A DNA stretch of 63,079 nucleotides, filler included, from Welwitschia mirabilis (taxonomy: Eukaryota): the NCBI GenBank assembly GCA_051453625.1. It is 3 parts of one record of this genome, joined end to end, with 100 filler letters (N's around TTAATTAATTAA, not from the genome) between each part and the next. Parts side by side here need not be neighbours in the genome. Positions count along the whole stretch, not along the records: positions 1 to 11,769 come from JBOZIK010000001.1; positions 11,870 to 31,101 come from JBOZIK010000001.1; 1 more part is not named here. One strand, 5' to 3'. This document shows positions 1 to 13,299 of the stretch, one piece after another. Under the pieces are notes generated by a model. The model ran no database searches. It worked only from the letters and a program-made list of their open reading frames with translations, and was not told where the DNA came from. Position 1 is the stretch's first letter, and each line of letters opens with the position of its first letter. The position numbers and the translations under genes are program-made.

Positions 1-43
1 CTCTATAATCTCCGCCAGTGGTTTTCTCCAAAGTAGCACCTTG
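1..43 (+). CDS. Candidate host-gene exon (5' end outside the window), product unknown
   Basis: Ends TTG|GTAAGG, a strong donor at 44. The frame from base 2 reads SIISASGFLQSSTL in phase 0. An alternative frame reads LYNLRQWFSPK*. No homology recognised. Confidence 0.35.
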
Positions 44-526
44 GTAAGGTGCCATGTCCCTAAAATTAATGAGCAAGCACACACTACCAACATCATTCCG
101 TTGTATTTACTAAAGCGAGGAATGCCATGGCGCTTTCTTTAGAATGCTTGTCATCTGCAAAATAGTTTCTGAGGCCTACTCTAATATGCCCTTTTTCCAA
201 TGCTTACAATATAATCTATAGGGTTTCCCCTTACTTCTATATATATGGTTATAGTTATACAATATTCACATGAGTTGAGTGCGTGAGATGCGTGGTGAAA
301 TCTGTGGCTCATCGATATACTAAAAAGTTCCTTTTCCAGTTAAATGTAAACAAACTCAAAAAGGCGACAGATATTTCATATATGTATATATTTTTTTAAC
401 CTCGTATTGCGTTATACTACATTCTTTAATTCTATAACTGATACCTTTGAGAAAATTGTAGAAGAAGTAAACTACAAAGAGCGTACCGGCTCTTTTACAG
501 TAAATTTCAAGCCTCTGCTATTCTAG

Positions 527-556
527 ATTAAGGCGTATCCTGCCCTTCATGAAATG
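527..556 (+). CDS. Candidate 30-nt host exon (IKAYPALHEM)
   Basis: CTATTCTAG acceptor and ATG|GTATGG donor. Open and phase-compatible with the 1-43 candidate, and more GC-rich than its flanks. Confidence 0.3.
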
Positions 557-1770
557 GTATGGCACCAAAACCTTACCCAAAGTGTCTGTCATCTGACCCA
601 TAACATCATCAATATTCAATAGAAATAGAATGCATTTGTTAGTTTTTTTAAGGCTTTACGATTTNNNNNNNNNNNNNNNNNNNNNNNNNNNNNNNNNNNN
701 NNNNNNNNNNNNNNNNNNNNNNNNNNNNNNNNNNNNNNNNNNNNNNNNNNNNNNNNNNNNNNNNNNNNNNNNNNNNNNNNNNNNNNNNNNNNNNNNNNNN
801 NNNNNNNNNNNNNNNNNNNNNNNNNNNNNNNNNNNNNNNNNNNNNNNNNNNNNNNNNNNNNNNNNNNNNNNNNNNNNNNNNNNNNNNNNNNNNNNNNNNN
901 NNNNNNNNNNNNNNNNNNNNNNNNNNNNNNNNNNNNNNNNNNNNNNNNNNNNNNNNNNNNNNNNNNNNNNNNNNNNNNNNNNNNNNNNNNNNNNNNNNNN
1001 NNNNNNNNNNNNNNNNNNNNNNNNNNNNNNNNNNNNNNNNNNNNNNNNNNNNNNNNNNNNNNNNNNNNNNNNNNNNNNNNNNNNNNNNNNNNNNNNNNNN
1101 NNNNNNNNNNNNNNNNNNNNNNNNNNNNNNNNNNNNNNNNNNNNNNNNNNNNNNNNNNNNNNNNNNNNNNNNNNNNNNNNNNNNNNNNNNNNNNNNNNNN
1201 NNNNNNNNNNNNNNNNNNNNNNNNNNNNNNNNNNNNNNNNNNNNNNNNNNNNNNNNNNNNNNNNNNNNNNNNNNNNNNNNNNNNNNNNNNNNNNNNNNNN
1301 NNNNNNNNNNGAAATAGAATGCATTTGTTGGTTTTTTTAAGGCTTTACGATTTCTAGCTTCTCCGTTTCTACTTCAGCATTTTCTCGATTAAGTATTCGC
1401 TCGTTGCCAATGTCTTACGTTATAATTTTTAGAAGCCATTGAAGAATGCCTGGAAAACTAACTGATGTACATGCCATTATTAGCTGCTAGTGCAGTTTTA
1501 AGGAAGAAGCGAGTTTTTAATAAGCATTTTCAAAGCTCACAGGAAATGATTTTTCACGTTGTTATTTCATGAAACTAGAATGCTTCTTAGATTGAAATGG
1601 ACATGATGCATAGAAAAAGGAATCATCGTAGGAGGAAATGCATAACAACATCCCTTTGACAGATCAGACACACTATAAGAACTCACATTAGAGGAAAATT
1701 TAGTTTTTTTCTAATATTATTTTATTGTTTTAAACAAGGAAACCTTGCTTCTTCTTTTTTGTCTTTTCAG

Positions 1771-1780
1771 CTTCCTCTGC
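1771..1780 (+). CDS. Candidate 10-nt microexon CTTCCTCTGC (LPL + 1 nt)
   Basis: Preceded by CTAAT (1711-1715, branch-point-like) and a pyrimidine tract CCTTGCTTCTTCTTTTTTGTCTTTTCAG. Followed directly by GTAAGA and a T-rich tract. Confidence 0.4.
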
Positions 1781-3700
1781 GTAAGATGTGATTTTCCTTT
1801 TTTTTTTTTTGTTTTTTGTTTTTTTGACTTCGTCCCCTTCAATGAATCAGTGCCATGCATAAAGTTAGCATTTGCCAGCTAATTGACAGTAAAACTACAT
1901 TAATGGAGGAGATACCACATTGGTTCCCCTTCATGATTACACAAACTCGTTGACAAGGTTTACTCTAAAGAGCTTCTACTACATAGAGGGCTATTGCACT
2001 CCAGCCAACTTTCCTATGATGGTGGATCCACTAACTCCCTCGTCCTCAAATATGCATTGAACAAATTTTAATTTTGTAACAGTAATGATCAAGATGAGTC
2101 ATAGATGGACAGGGGTGACATTACATGATCAAGTTACATTCTCTGTTCAAGACGAAGAGTAGACAGAGAAGAAAAGATAGTATCATCTTATAAACAAGAC
2201 CCAAATTTGCTTTAATCATTTCTTTAAAAAAAAAACAAGAAAAAAAAAGAAAAAAACAGGTCATCATAAGATCATCCATTCTTCCACTACATTTGATCAA
2301 AACTTCCACTACTGATTTGGGTGTTAGATCTGTCCTAGTGGTCGAACACCATTTCTAGGGTTTCTATCATTATTTTGGTTCAGTGTTAGTGATATCTCGT
2401 GATGATCTTGTTAGAGTCTAAAGAGCTAAAGCTTTGATCTTGAATATGTTTAGAGAAGATACCTAATTTAAGGCTCTACACATAAATGGTAAAATGAAGC
2501 TAAACCAATTCCTTAACCTACTATCATTCATCACAAAACCATAATGTGCCTGAACATTCTGAGGCTCCACCATGGTTCATGATGATTTCATGGTATTTTG
2601 AAAGAAGCCTAATAATGGGAAAAGACATTTCTAGATTAGTCATTCCAAAAATCCAAAAAACAACTTTTGACGATATTTCCTATGGGAAATTTGAGTAGAA
2701 GGAAGTAAAACTAGATACAAAAGATCAGGTCATGCTTTTTGAGGTTATTCAAAGGAAACTTGCTTTCAAAATATTAATAAATTTTGAAAGCAATTGAGCT
2801 TTTTGAACTTTGCCAAGAGATGTAAAAATTACAGGTTCTGATCATTACTAGAGATGTGATAATCCACAATGGATGGAATATTAAAAATATCAAGTATTTT
2901 GATGCTTGCAATTTTAGAGGATGAGGATACAATGTAGCTTTTAAGAACAAGATGGGAAAGTGTGCAATGTAGTTTAAAAAGGAGCAAATGGATTTTCTAA
3001 TTAGGATGCATTCTACTTAGCATGTAGGTGCTCAGAGATACATCTGAAACAAACACGATAACTAATGGCATTTCGCTCGTTTGAATTCGAACATAAGTGT
3101 AGTGGCATATAGTGTTTTGGAAGGAAAAATCTTGATTTGCTTCTAATGGTTCTTTAATTTTACTTAGTTTATGATTTTTTAATTCATTATTATCTCAAAG
3201 AAACATCACACTAGTCCTCTAATGGCTAAGCGATTCTTTGGGAAGCAGAAAGGCTTATGACATTTGTGTGAAGATAACAAGAGGTTTTTGTTCTACAGAA
3301 TGATATGCTTTCATTTTGTTTTTCTTTATTTACCCTTTTCATTTAAAAGAAGAGGGGAAAATTTACCATCCTTCTCACATATGCTCCCATTTAGAGGGCC
3401 TTAACATTACACTTTCCAATGACCCATACATATGTATACTTCATGTCCTTTAATCCTCATATAGAATGTGTAAAGTCCAAATATACGAGGGATCAATTTC
3501 TAAAAGTGAAAAACAAGAATGACAAAAATGAAAAGTGAAGAATGAAGATTCAGCTTACTTATGTAATGTTACTAATACACTTTTTAACTCTAGGCTTTAA
3601 TCGTTAAATTTAAAATAGCTTAATAATAATTATATCTAGCAAATTCATTATCTAGGCTCTAATGTTGAAATGTATAATGGCTTTACAAATTATTACCTAG

Positions 3701-3712
3701 GCTCTAATATCA
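3701..3712 (-). promoter_or_regulatory. Degenerate tRNA-iMet PBS
   Basis: Minus strand TGATATTAGAGC versus canonical TGGTATCAGAGC, 3 nt from a TGTAA LTR-type end at 3716. Confidence 0.45.
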
Positions 3713-3715
3713 AAT

Positions 3716-5160
3716 TGTAATGTCCTAGTTTTTAACCCAAAACTAAAAATGTTACTTAATGCAATGTTTTCAATGTTCCTCGTCATGGCTATGCACTAAA
3801 TTAAAAATTTATCATGTTTTAATCAAAGTCTTGATCTAATACCAAAATGTGATTATAAAGAGGTAATTACAACATGGTAATAACATGATAAAGAATAGTT
3901 TCATAACATTCATAGAAAATTTACAACAATAGTACTTTTTCACATGTTACAACTATAAGTACATAAAGCATAAAATAAGTAGTAAAACTACCCTAAGCCA
4001 TCTACAATAAGCACTTCTTTCTCAATGAATAGAATCCATACTATTATGTAAACCTATACATATAATATGGTACAAGAATTGTAAAATCATCACAATTCCA
4101 AGTATGATCCATGGTAAGGTATGGAATGATAAGGGTTTTCAAATGACAAGGAATATCAAGAATAAACTAGAAAAGACCTAGGCTCCATTTTACTTAATAT
4201 TTCTTTACTATTTTTCTATAACAGATTTCAGTAATCCAGTTTCACACAATCTAGGAGGGACAAATGATAAATTGGTCACATTTTCCTTATTCATCCTTAA
4301 AGTTCAGTCCCACGTCCTCAGGATTCCCTTTAAAGAGTGTCACTCCCTGAAGCCTGAACAACTGGTTACCCTGGTCAGTTTTAGTTTCCTTATTTAAAAA
4401 TCATCATCCAAGGTTGATAACCAAAACAATTCAAATCAACAACTTGTCATAAGACTTAGACAAGATGGGAAGAGTTACGATACAAGTATGTAAGATAACA
4501 CTAACATGAGGCATATGTAGTCTAAACAGATCATGCAAGCTCCATCGATATGTAAAAACAAACTTTCAAGAGTTTCACAAATATTGAAATCATTCATAAA
4601 TAAAGACTATTTGAGATGTAAAAGATAAGGATCATGCAAGAAATTAAAAGAAAAGCCAAGAATCATATAAGAATGAAATGAAGACCATAAAGACCATATA
4701 AGAAATAAGACAAAAGAACATAAACTATATAAGAATGAAATGAAAGAACATAAGAACCATATAAGAATGAAATGAAATAATATAAGAACTATATAAAAAA
4801 GGAAACAAAAACCATAAAATCATACCCAAATTAAAATGAAGATTTGAAAACCCCTAAAGATTTCAAGGCTCAAAAGTTCAAAGCCTTATTTAAGCTCCAA
4901 GATCTGGTAGCGAAGGCTTCTCCAAAAATGAAAGTAAGAGAAAAGGGGGAGGATGGTCTTATTTGTAACTGAGGTCTGATGGAATACAAAGGGTCATGAG
5001 AATATGAAGACAAAACATCATAAAGGAGGATGATCAAGATGGCAAAAATTGGTAAAGATTCAATAACAACCCTTATTCCATTTCTTAGTAGAATATTATG
5101 TACACTAATGTCATGACAATAAATAGTGATGCTTATCATGCAATAATGAGTAATGTACAA
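3716..5160 (-). mobile_element. Probable Tekay/Del-type Gypsy LTR remnant (right boundary uncertain)
   Basis: Begins TGTAATGTCC beside a PBS-like site. Has a minus-strand TATA-like site (~4959-4966) next to a pyrimidine-rich leader, and an internal tandem repeat. No partner LTR seen. Confidence 0.35.
4660..4825. repeat. Degenerate ~30-bp tandem repeat, about 5 copies
   Basis: Recurring ATAAGAATGAAATGAAAGAACATAAGAACCAT-like units. Confidence 0.75.
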
Positions 5161-5199
5161 AAAACATATTTAAACTATTTTTCAGATATAAGTGCAACA

Positions 5200-6372
5200 A
5201 CTACAAAATTTTAACCATAAAAATCATAATTAAATCATAAGAATTTTCAACAAAGACAATATTACAACTACTACAAAATGAAAAGGCTAATAGAAAAAGA
5301 TTCTCATAATAAAATTACACTTCTAAAAATAAAAAAGATAAATACATGAATTAATTAAACTAGATTGATGCTCTATAACATTAAGAGTTATTTAGAATCT
5401 TGGACCTTGAAAGTCTAAATATAACTAGAAGCGATTTAAGAAATGAAAAGTTTCAATGAGTAAATCCAAAAGAGCATTCTAAGACTTAATACAAGTCATG
5501 TAATAAATGATGTTAGCAAACCAAAGATCATAATGTACATTATCTTGTAACACTATGCTAAATTCAAATGATGTTAAAAAAAGATTGGAAGATAGTCATA
5601 CAAAGAGGTACTAACATTACAACTCAAAAGCCATAAAACCACAATGACGTTGGAGAAAACAATGAGAAATACATAGAAATTCTTGATGAACCAAACCTTT
5701 GTTCAAATTCTTACTCAACTAAGAAGGATGAGTAATCTCCAAAGAGAAGCAAGAAACATCTTATACCTTAATTAGATAGACTTAAATCCAATCCTACATA
5801 TGATAATTACATCAAAACCATCATGCAAGATTTCAATATTTATCTACCATTTTGTTACATACTTCAAGACAATTCAAAATATGAGAAAGTATGAAAGGAT
5901 ATCTATAGAAGAAAGGGACAATAAGTACTATTAAGTAGAGTATTTCTAACACAATCTCTAACCAACTTAGTATTACAAAAGTGTCCAAACTTCAGAGATC
6001 TTAAGACAAAAACTATTAGTATGATTTTGAAAGGCAACTAAAAGATTAAAAAGGCTCTCACAGACATAGGTGTAAGAGTGAACATTATGCCTTTACATAT
6101 TTGCAAGAATTTTTAATTTTAGAGAAAGCATAGATCCAATACAAATCATTTTAAAAATGGTAGATTCAAGCTTAAGAAAACATGTTGGAATCATCAAGAA
6201 TTTATTATTCAAGTTAAAGAAGCATACTATCCCATTGATGTCACTATCATCAAGATTAACCATAATGGTGAATATCACCTACTCCTAGGAAGGGCCTTTT
6301 ATGCCACTGTTCATTATGTTATAGATACTAGAATAGGAATAATGGAACTTCATTTAGGTAGCAAAAAGAGCA
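5200..6372 (+). pseudogene. Element A, left part: Athila-like gag C-terminus and aspartic protease, decayed
   Basis: KALTDIGVRVNIMP at ~6051-6092 (compare ALCDLGASVNLMP), then DSSLRKHVGIIKN, an LLGR motif and IDTRIGIMELHLGSKKS. Stops and frameshifts present. Left limit approximate. Confidence 0.8.
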
Positions 6373-8159
6373 TAAAGGATTTAGAATCCTAAAGAGGGAG
6401 TGAATAGAATTTAAAAAATAAATAAATTCAAAAGCTATCTCTATAAGTATTAAATACTAAAAATATTTATGTATATGAAATACCAAAAAAATGATCTTAA
6501 AAAAACTAAAAGTACAAACTACCAGTGGAGATAAACACATGATTTATAGTGGTTTAGAAAACCCCCTTCTCCACACTTAGTAATTAGCTTTAACCCAAGA
6601 TTGATCCGAATCTTTGTTACTCACTTTTTAGGTATTTCAGATTCACCTATAACCTTTTATAATTAGACTTTTCAGAGGCTTAGTCTTAATCTTTAAAGAG
6701 AATTCTTTTTGGTATCAATAGTGTGTCATAATGCATAGGCTCTGCCAGATCTAAAGTACAATAATGATGATTCTCAACTGTTTGAAATGACATCACAAGT
6801 TCATGTATGTATAGTACACACTGATTAACTAAAGGACTAATAATAAAAAAGATATTCGTTTGATTTCTAGTCAAGTAGAAGACGTGCCAAAAGATTGTAC
6901 AATGATTTTGATGGCTAATAATTATATAAGAGATTCATTTTAGGGTTTTATAAGTAAATCAGATTATCCAATGGATAAAACCAAGAGGCTAATGACTAGA
7001 AAAATCTAATTTTCATTATAACAGACTAACCCCTTGAAATGTTCAGTCGACCCCATTGAGTGCCATCACTAAAGTTGATCGCCTGCATCTTCTTCCAATT
7101 GACCTACTTTATTTATGTCTCCATGTTTAGTTGACTCCATATGAGATCTAGTCAACTACATATCCAGTTGATTACATTTTGATTCAATCAATCCCATGTG
7201 AAAAAATTGTACAACAACATTTTTAGCCTAGGTCTGGTTGATCCCTTAGGAATTTAGTTAATCCCTTGATGATAAAAGATGAAACATTTTTACCCAAAGT
7301 TTGATCAACCCCTCAGGAATACGATTGATCCCCTAATGATCAGATGTAACAAATTTATTATATAGGTCTAATTAACCCCTTAGAAATCNNNNNNNNNNNN
7401 NNNNNNNNNNNNNNNNNNNNNNNNNNNNNNNNNNNNNNNNNNNNNNNNNNNNNNNNNNNNNNNNNNNNNNNNNNNNNNNNNNNNNNNNNNNNNNNNNNNN
7501 NNNNNNNNNNNNNNNNNNNNNNNNNNNNNNNNNNNNNNNNNNNNNNNNNNNNNNNNNNNNNNNNNNNNNNNNNNNNNNNNNNNNNNNNNNNNNNNNNNNN
7601 NNNNNNNNNNNNNNNNNNNNNNNNNNNNNNNNNNNNNNNNNNNNNNNNNNNNNNNNNNNNNNNNNNNNNNNNNNNNNNNNNNNNNNNNNNNNNNNNNNNN
7701 NNNNNNNNNNNNNNNNNNNNNNNNNNNNNNNNNNNNNNNNNNNNNNNNNNNNNNNNNNNNNNNNNNNNNNNNNNNNNNNNNNNNNNNNNNNNNNNNNNNN
7801 NNNNNNNNNNNNNNNNNNNNNNNNNNNNNNNNNNNNNNNNNNNNNNNNNNNNNNNNNNNNNNNNNNNNNNNNNNNNNNNNNNNNNNNNNNNNNNNNNNNN
7901 NNNNNNNNNNNNNNNNNNNNNNNNNNNNNNNNNNNNNNNNNNNNNNNNNNNNNNNNNNNNNNNNNNGTTTAAATGATCCCTTAGGAATGTAATTGATCCT
8001 TTTGAGTGATTATAACTTGTCAAGTTCAGGTAAGGTTAGTAACAAATGTTTACTGCTTCTAACCTGTAAGGATTAGTATTCTTTGCAAGGAATACACACA
8101 CGTTTTTCTATACCAAAAAATGTTAGTTTGATATTAACTTGATAAATTATAATTTAATA
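6373..8159 (-). repeat. 3' LTR of B (contains an N gap)
   Basis: Aligns with 56500-57757 at both ends. Adjacent minus-strand PPT AAAGGTAGAGA at ~8161-8171. Confidence 0.85.
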
Positions 8160-9671
8160 ATCTCTACCTTTAACATTAATGGCAAACTCTACTTANNNNN
8201 NNNNNNNNNNNNNNNNNNNNNNNNNNNNNNNNNNNNNNNNNNNNNNNNNNNNNNNNNNNNNNNNNNNNNNNNNNNNNNNNNNNNNNNNNNNNNNNAGTTT
8301 GATATTAACTTGATAAATTATAATTTAATAATCTCTACCTTTAACATTAATGGCAAACTCTACTTAGTTGAAAATATTATTTGGAAAGGTACCCCTCAAA
8401 AAATTCCTATTAGATTTATGAAAGATTATTAAGCATGTTTATCTAAATTAATCATTCAAAATGATTTTACAAAGAGAGCAATTTATATAAATAATTTGAA
8501 GTATAGTTCGTAAGACATGTAATATTCATTAATAGATGTGACAAAATCATGATTCATGGTAAATGTAATATGCATTAATAGATAAGATAAAATGATAACG
8601 AATGCATTTATATTAAGTAGTTGTAAATGGTACAATGGAAAGATATTCACAAGAGAGTAAATACAACTAAGAATAACTAAAAAGTACTACTGAGAATAAC
8701 TGATAACTTTAATAGCAATTGATANNNNNNNNNNNNNNNNNNNNNNNNNNNNNNNNNNNNNNNNNNNNNNNNNNNNNNNNNNNNNNNNNNNNNNNNNNNN
8801 NNNNNNNNNNNNNNNNNNNNNNNNCATGTATATCATGAGATACGTAATATTCATTAATAGATGTGACAAAATCATGATTCATGGTAAATGTAATATGCAT
8901 TAATAGATAAGACAAAATGATAACGAATGCATTTATATTAAGTAGTTGTAAATGGTACAATGAAAAGATATTCACAAGAGAGCAAATACAACTAAGAATA
9001 ACTAAAAAGTACTACTGAGAATAACTGATAACTTTAATAGCAATTGATAATGATTAAAAATACAACTACTATTTCTACTCCTTTTAACATCAATATCAAA
9101 GGAGAAAAAAAGGAAAATAATAGAAACAACTAAATAATAACAAAGATAATAAGAAACCAATTTGATTCTTCTTCTTCTTCCTCCTCCTCCTTAGATTCTT
9201 ATTTAGAATCTAGATCTTCTTCTTATTTCTCTTCGACTGCCTTTTGAGTAGAGATATTGGCTTCCTCAGAAGTATCAGTAATCTCATACCCTACTGCAAT
9301 AAGAACCTCTTTCATGTGCCTAGTATAGGAGTTCAATCTCTTTAGATACAAAAGAATCTCTGCAGGAGAGGCTTGCTTTGGGGAAGGAGACTTGGAAGAT
9401 TTCTTTGAACTGAAGAAAATATACATGTAGGATAGGGTTACATGCCCAATTATAGACATAGGAATTAACTTTTCTAGCTTAATATGTAACTAGACTATAA
9501 AATGACGATAGATATTTTCGATCAACATAGAATAAGAAAGAGATCTACTTTTATGATACTCCAATTGAGAGACCATATTTTTAAGAATAATGGTAGGAGC
9601 ATTAATAGGATGACTAGTTTCTACTGAATAAAATAGATAAGCTCTAGAGTTAGAGATCTCATCATGATCAC

Positions 9672-12300
9672 TATTGCGTTGTGTACTTGTGCTTATAATT
9701 CCAATATTCTAAAGATCGAATTTAACTTGCAACATATGAAAAGCTAAATATCTAATTGCATATAACACACATTTGTATAGTGAAATCAATCCAAATGTTG
9801 CACACTTAGAGAAGACATTCAAAAGAGAATATGAAAAATTGCATTCATAAAGAGAAGAATAAATATTTTGTACTTTTGATTTTAAGGAAATAAAATTAAA
9901 CAATGCAAAGATGAAGATGGAATGTAATGCAATGTAATAAAATGAAATGCAATGTAACGAATGTAATTCTAATGCAATTAATTAATTAAACTCCCAATAT
10001 ATTGTCACTTAGATTAGTCCTTATAATCTATTTTAGTTACAAATTAATATCACTTAAATTGCAATTAAGATANNNNNNNNNNNNNNNNNNNNNNNNNNNN
10101 NNNNNNNNNNNNNNNNNNNNNNNNNNNNNNNNNNNNNNNNNNNNNNNNNNNNNNNNNNNNNNNNNNNNNNNNNNNNNNNNNNNNNNNNNNNNNNNNNNNN
10201 NNNNNNNNNNNNNNNNNNNNNNNNNNNNNNNNNNNNNNNNNNNNNNNNNNNNNNNNNNNNNNNNNNNNNNNNNNNNNNNNNNNNNNNNNNNNNNNNNNNN
10301 NNNNNNNNNNNNNNNNNNNNNNNNNNNNNNNNNNNNNNNNNNNNNNNNNNNNNNNNNNNNNNNNNNNNNNNNNNNNNNNNNNNNNNNNNNNNNNNNNNNN
10401 NNNNNNNNNNNNNNNNNNNNNNNNNNNNNNNNNNNNNNNNNNNNNNNNNNNNNNNNNNNNNNNNNNNNNNNNNNNNNNNNNNNNNNNNNNNNNNNNNNNN
10501 NNNNNNNNNNNNNNNNNNNNNNNNNNNNNNNNNNNNNNNNNNNNNNNNNNNNNNNNNNNNNNNNNNNNNNNNNNNNNNNNNNNNNNNNNNNNNNNNNNNN
10601 NNNNNNNNNNNNNNNNNNNNNNNNNNNNNNNNNNNNNNNNNNNNNNNNNNNNNNNNNNNNNNNNNNNNNNNNNNNNNNNNNNNNNNNNNNNNNNNNNNNN
10701 NNNNNNNNNNNNNNNNNNNNNNNNNNNNNNNNNNNNNNNNNNNNNNNNNNNNNNNNNNNNNNNNNNNNNNNNNNNNNNNNNNNNNNNNNNNNNNNNNNNN
10801 NNNNNNNNNNNNNNNNNNNNNNNNNNNNNNNNNNNNNNNNNNNNNNNNNNNNNNNNNNNNNNNNNNNNNNNNNNNNNNNNNNNNNNNNNNNNNNNNNNNN
10901 NNNNNNNNNNNNNNNNNNNNNNNNNNNNNNNNNNNNNNNNNNNNNNNNNNNNNNNNNNNNNNNNNNNNNNNNNNNNNNNNNNNNNNNNNNNNNNNNNNNN
11001 NNNNNNNNNNNNNNNNNNNNNNNNNNNNAGAGGATGACCATAATCTGTTGTCCCCATAATGGTGAGGACAACCAATATATCTTCATTATTTTACTTTAGT
11101 CGATCATTATCCAAAAATGGGTTTTTATTTGGAATATTATTACACCTTTTATTCTGTATGGAATCTTTGTACAATTTGCATAAATCCCTAGAAAAACCTA
11201 CTAATAGGATCTAAAAATGTACTTCACAAGTGTATTAAATAGTTAAGTTGGCATCACAACATGGTTCCCCTCTTAGCATTTGTTAGTCCCTAATAAAGTA
11301 AGTATATAACAAGTTGCAAGCCAACTGATAAAAGAAATTCGAAACAAGTATATCATTTAGAATTAAGAATACAACATGTGAAATACATCTATAAAAATGC
11401 ATAAGTGAAATTGATGTATATTATAAATCATTAAGTTTATCATCATAAAAAAGTTGCATAAGTCATGAAGGAAAGGTAAAGTAGGATAAGAATTTCATGA
11501 TTACAAGGTTAAGTGATAGAAGAGGTTACAAAATTAAGATTACTAAAGAAAAGAAGAATATCAATACTATCATGTGAAAGGATGATCAAGGCAGATGTGA
11601 ATTTAATTTAATGTATAATAATCAAGTAATGAAAAAATGTAACAAGTAGACTAGAAAATGACAAAGTCCTAACTATTATTTTAGAAGAGGTAAAAAAAAA
11701 TGACTTTGAGTAGAAAAACCCTAAAACTAAGATAAGACAAAAAAGAAAAATGGATAAGACAGAACATGANNNNNNNNNNNNNNNNNNNNNNNNNNNNNNN
11801 NNNNNNNNNNNNNTTAATTAATTAANNNNNNNNNNNNNNNNNNNNNNNNNNNNNNNNNNNNNNNNNNNNAGGTTGGGATAGGTCACTAAAGGGTGTGAAA
11901 CAAAGAGGTACAAGTTAGATCCACCCTTTCATAACAATTTAATTAAGTTTACAAATTATTTTGAGTGTCGTACCCCATGTCGTCCCCATAACATAGAGGA
12001 TGACACTCCATCTTCCAACCAATGCTTAGCATGTGTCGAAAATATTAACGGTTGTCTCAATAATAATCCCCATGACATAGAGGACGATCATACTCTATTG
12101 TCCTCATGATAAAGAGGATGACCAAAATATCTTCATTATTTTGCTTTGGTCGATCATTGCTTATTATTTGGAATATTATTACATCTTTAACCTATATGGA
12201 AACTTTGTAGAATTTACATAAATCCCTAGAAAAACCTATCAATAGTATCTAAAAATGTACTTCACAAGTGTATTAAATAGGTTAAGTTGGCATCACAACA
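9672..12300 (-). mobile_element. Element H: Athila-like element, interior missing at a scaffold gap
   Basis: The LTR end GTTGGCATCACAACA occurs twice (ending 11261 and 12300) with ~250 bp of homology upstream. Starts TATTGCG. PPT-like sequence at 11262-11275. Flanks ATCAC/ATAAC (4/5 TSD match). Confidence 0.65.
11814..11825. other. Artificial TTAATTAATTAA scaffold linker
   Basis: 12-mer with stop codons in all six frames embedded in Ns. The same 12-mer occurs at 31146-31157. Confidence 0.85.
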
Positions 12301-13299
12301 ATAACTCATAAGATGTAATTTTGGGGTAAGGTGGGAGGTGAAAAGGGTAGTTTTTCACCAAATGAACTTACCACATAGTTCCTTGATGAAATTTGCCTTA
12401 TTCTTCATAGATTCACACAAGGACAAAAAATTCTCATAATATCCTCTAGGAAGGTTTATAAGGAAGGCTATGAGATTTGAAGTAACCCTAATCTTTCTCT
12501 CTAAAATAAGATTTTTAGGGTAAAGGAATCGGCATTAAAAGAGGCATTGTAATAGAACATACAAGTAAGAAAAGGATAGGATGACCTAAAGACATTAAGA
12601 AAACAAGACAAATTAAGTTCATTCAAGAGCCTTACCACATGCTTGAGCTTCCTAAGTTTCCTAGAAGAAATAGGCCTTTCTTAGTAGATAGGATTTTTCT
12701 CAAAGTTATGTAAAAATCTATCTAAAGCTTCATTTGACATTTTAGAGTTAAAATACCCTGGATTTGTGCTGGCTAGTTCCTTCTGATAAGATCTTCTTAA
12801 GGTACCCTCTATTATTTAAAGGCACATGGAACTTCTTAAAGATAAAAGAACTTAAGAGAGATATCTAGATCTAAGAGAGATAGGTGGGTATGTATGAATG
12901 AGGAAGGTTAAGACTCCACAAGATTTTATAAAAGAGGGGGGAGGCAGGAGGGAGGAGGGGTGGGAGGGATCAAGTCAGATTTGTTCAAGTCAGATTTAAG
13001 GAAAAAATTAGGTTAACTATCTATATCCTACTCTAATCTTACAAGTTTGGTCGATTGGATTATAATGCAATCGAACCGATGAGACTTGGATCACAAAAAT
13101 TTCCAGGTCCAGTTGACCGAGTCTTTATACTGATTGACCTTACTAGATTCAGATTGATCTATAAAAGACTAGATAACTAGATAAAAATATGGTTAACTAA
13201 CTTCTTCTCTAGATCTAGTTTTCCAAATGCATGATATGGTTAATCATCCTACCTTTAGTCAGAGGATGGAGGAAAAACTCCTAGTTCATAACAAAGTCT

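Larger units (their letters stand above)
9150..12830 (-). pseudogene. env-like extra ORF of B, split by H (parts ~9150-9671 and 12301-~12830)
   Basis: ORF 9223-9459 and its flanks are homologous to 46540-47600 of G. Lies between pol and the 3' LTR. Confidence 0.65.

Noticed and set aside
535..582. U12-type intron (GTATCCT...CCTTAC..AG)
   Set aside because: Imperfect consensus and under 50 nt, too short.
2800..2850. LPR...GSDH motif suggesting a LINE endonuclease
   Set aside because: Single short motif without supporting context, too weak to call.
4285..4400. GC-richer minus-strand frame FLNKETKTDQGNQLFRLQGVTLFKGNPEDVGLNFKDE*
   Set aside because: Short, unrecognised and inside a probable LTR.
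8125..9050. Tandem duplications at the B LTR/PPT and downstream
   Set aside because: The copies directly flank ~100-N gaps, so they are contig overlaps.
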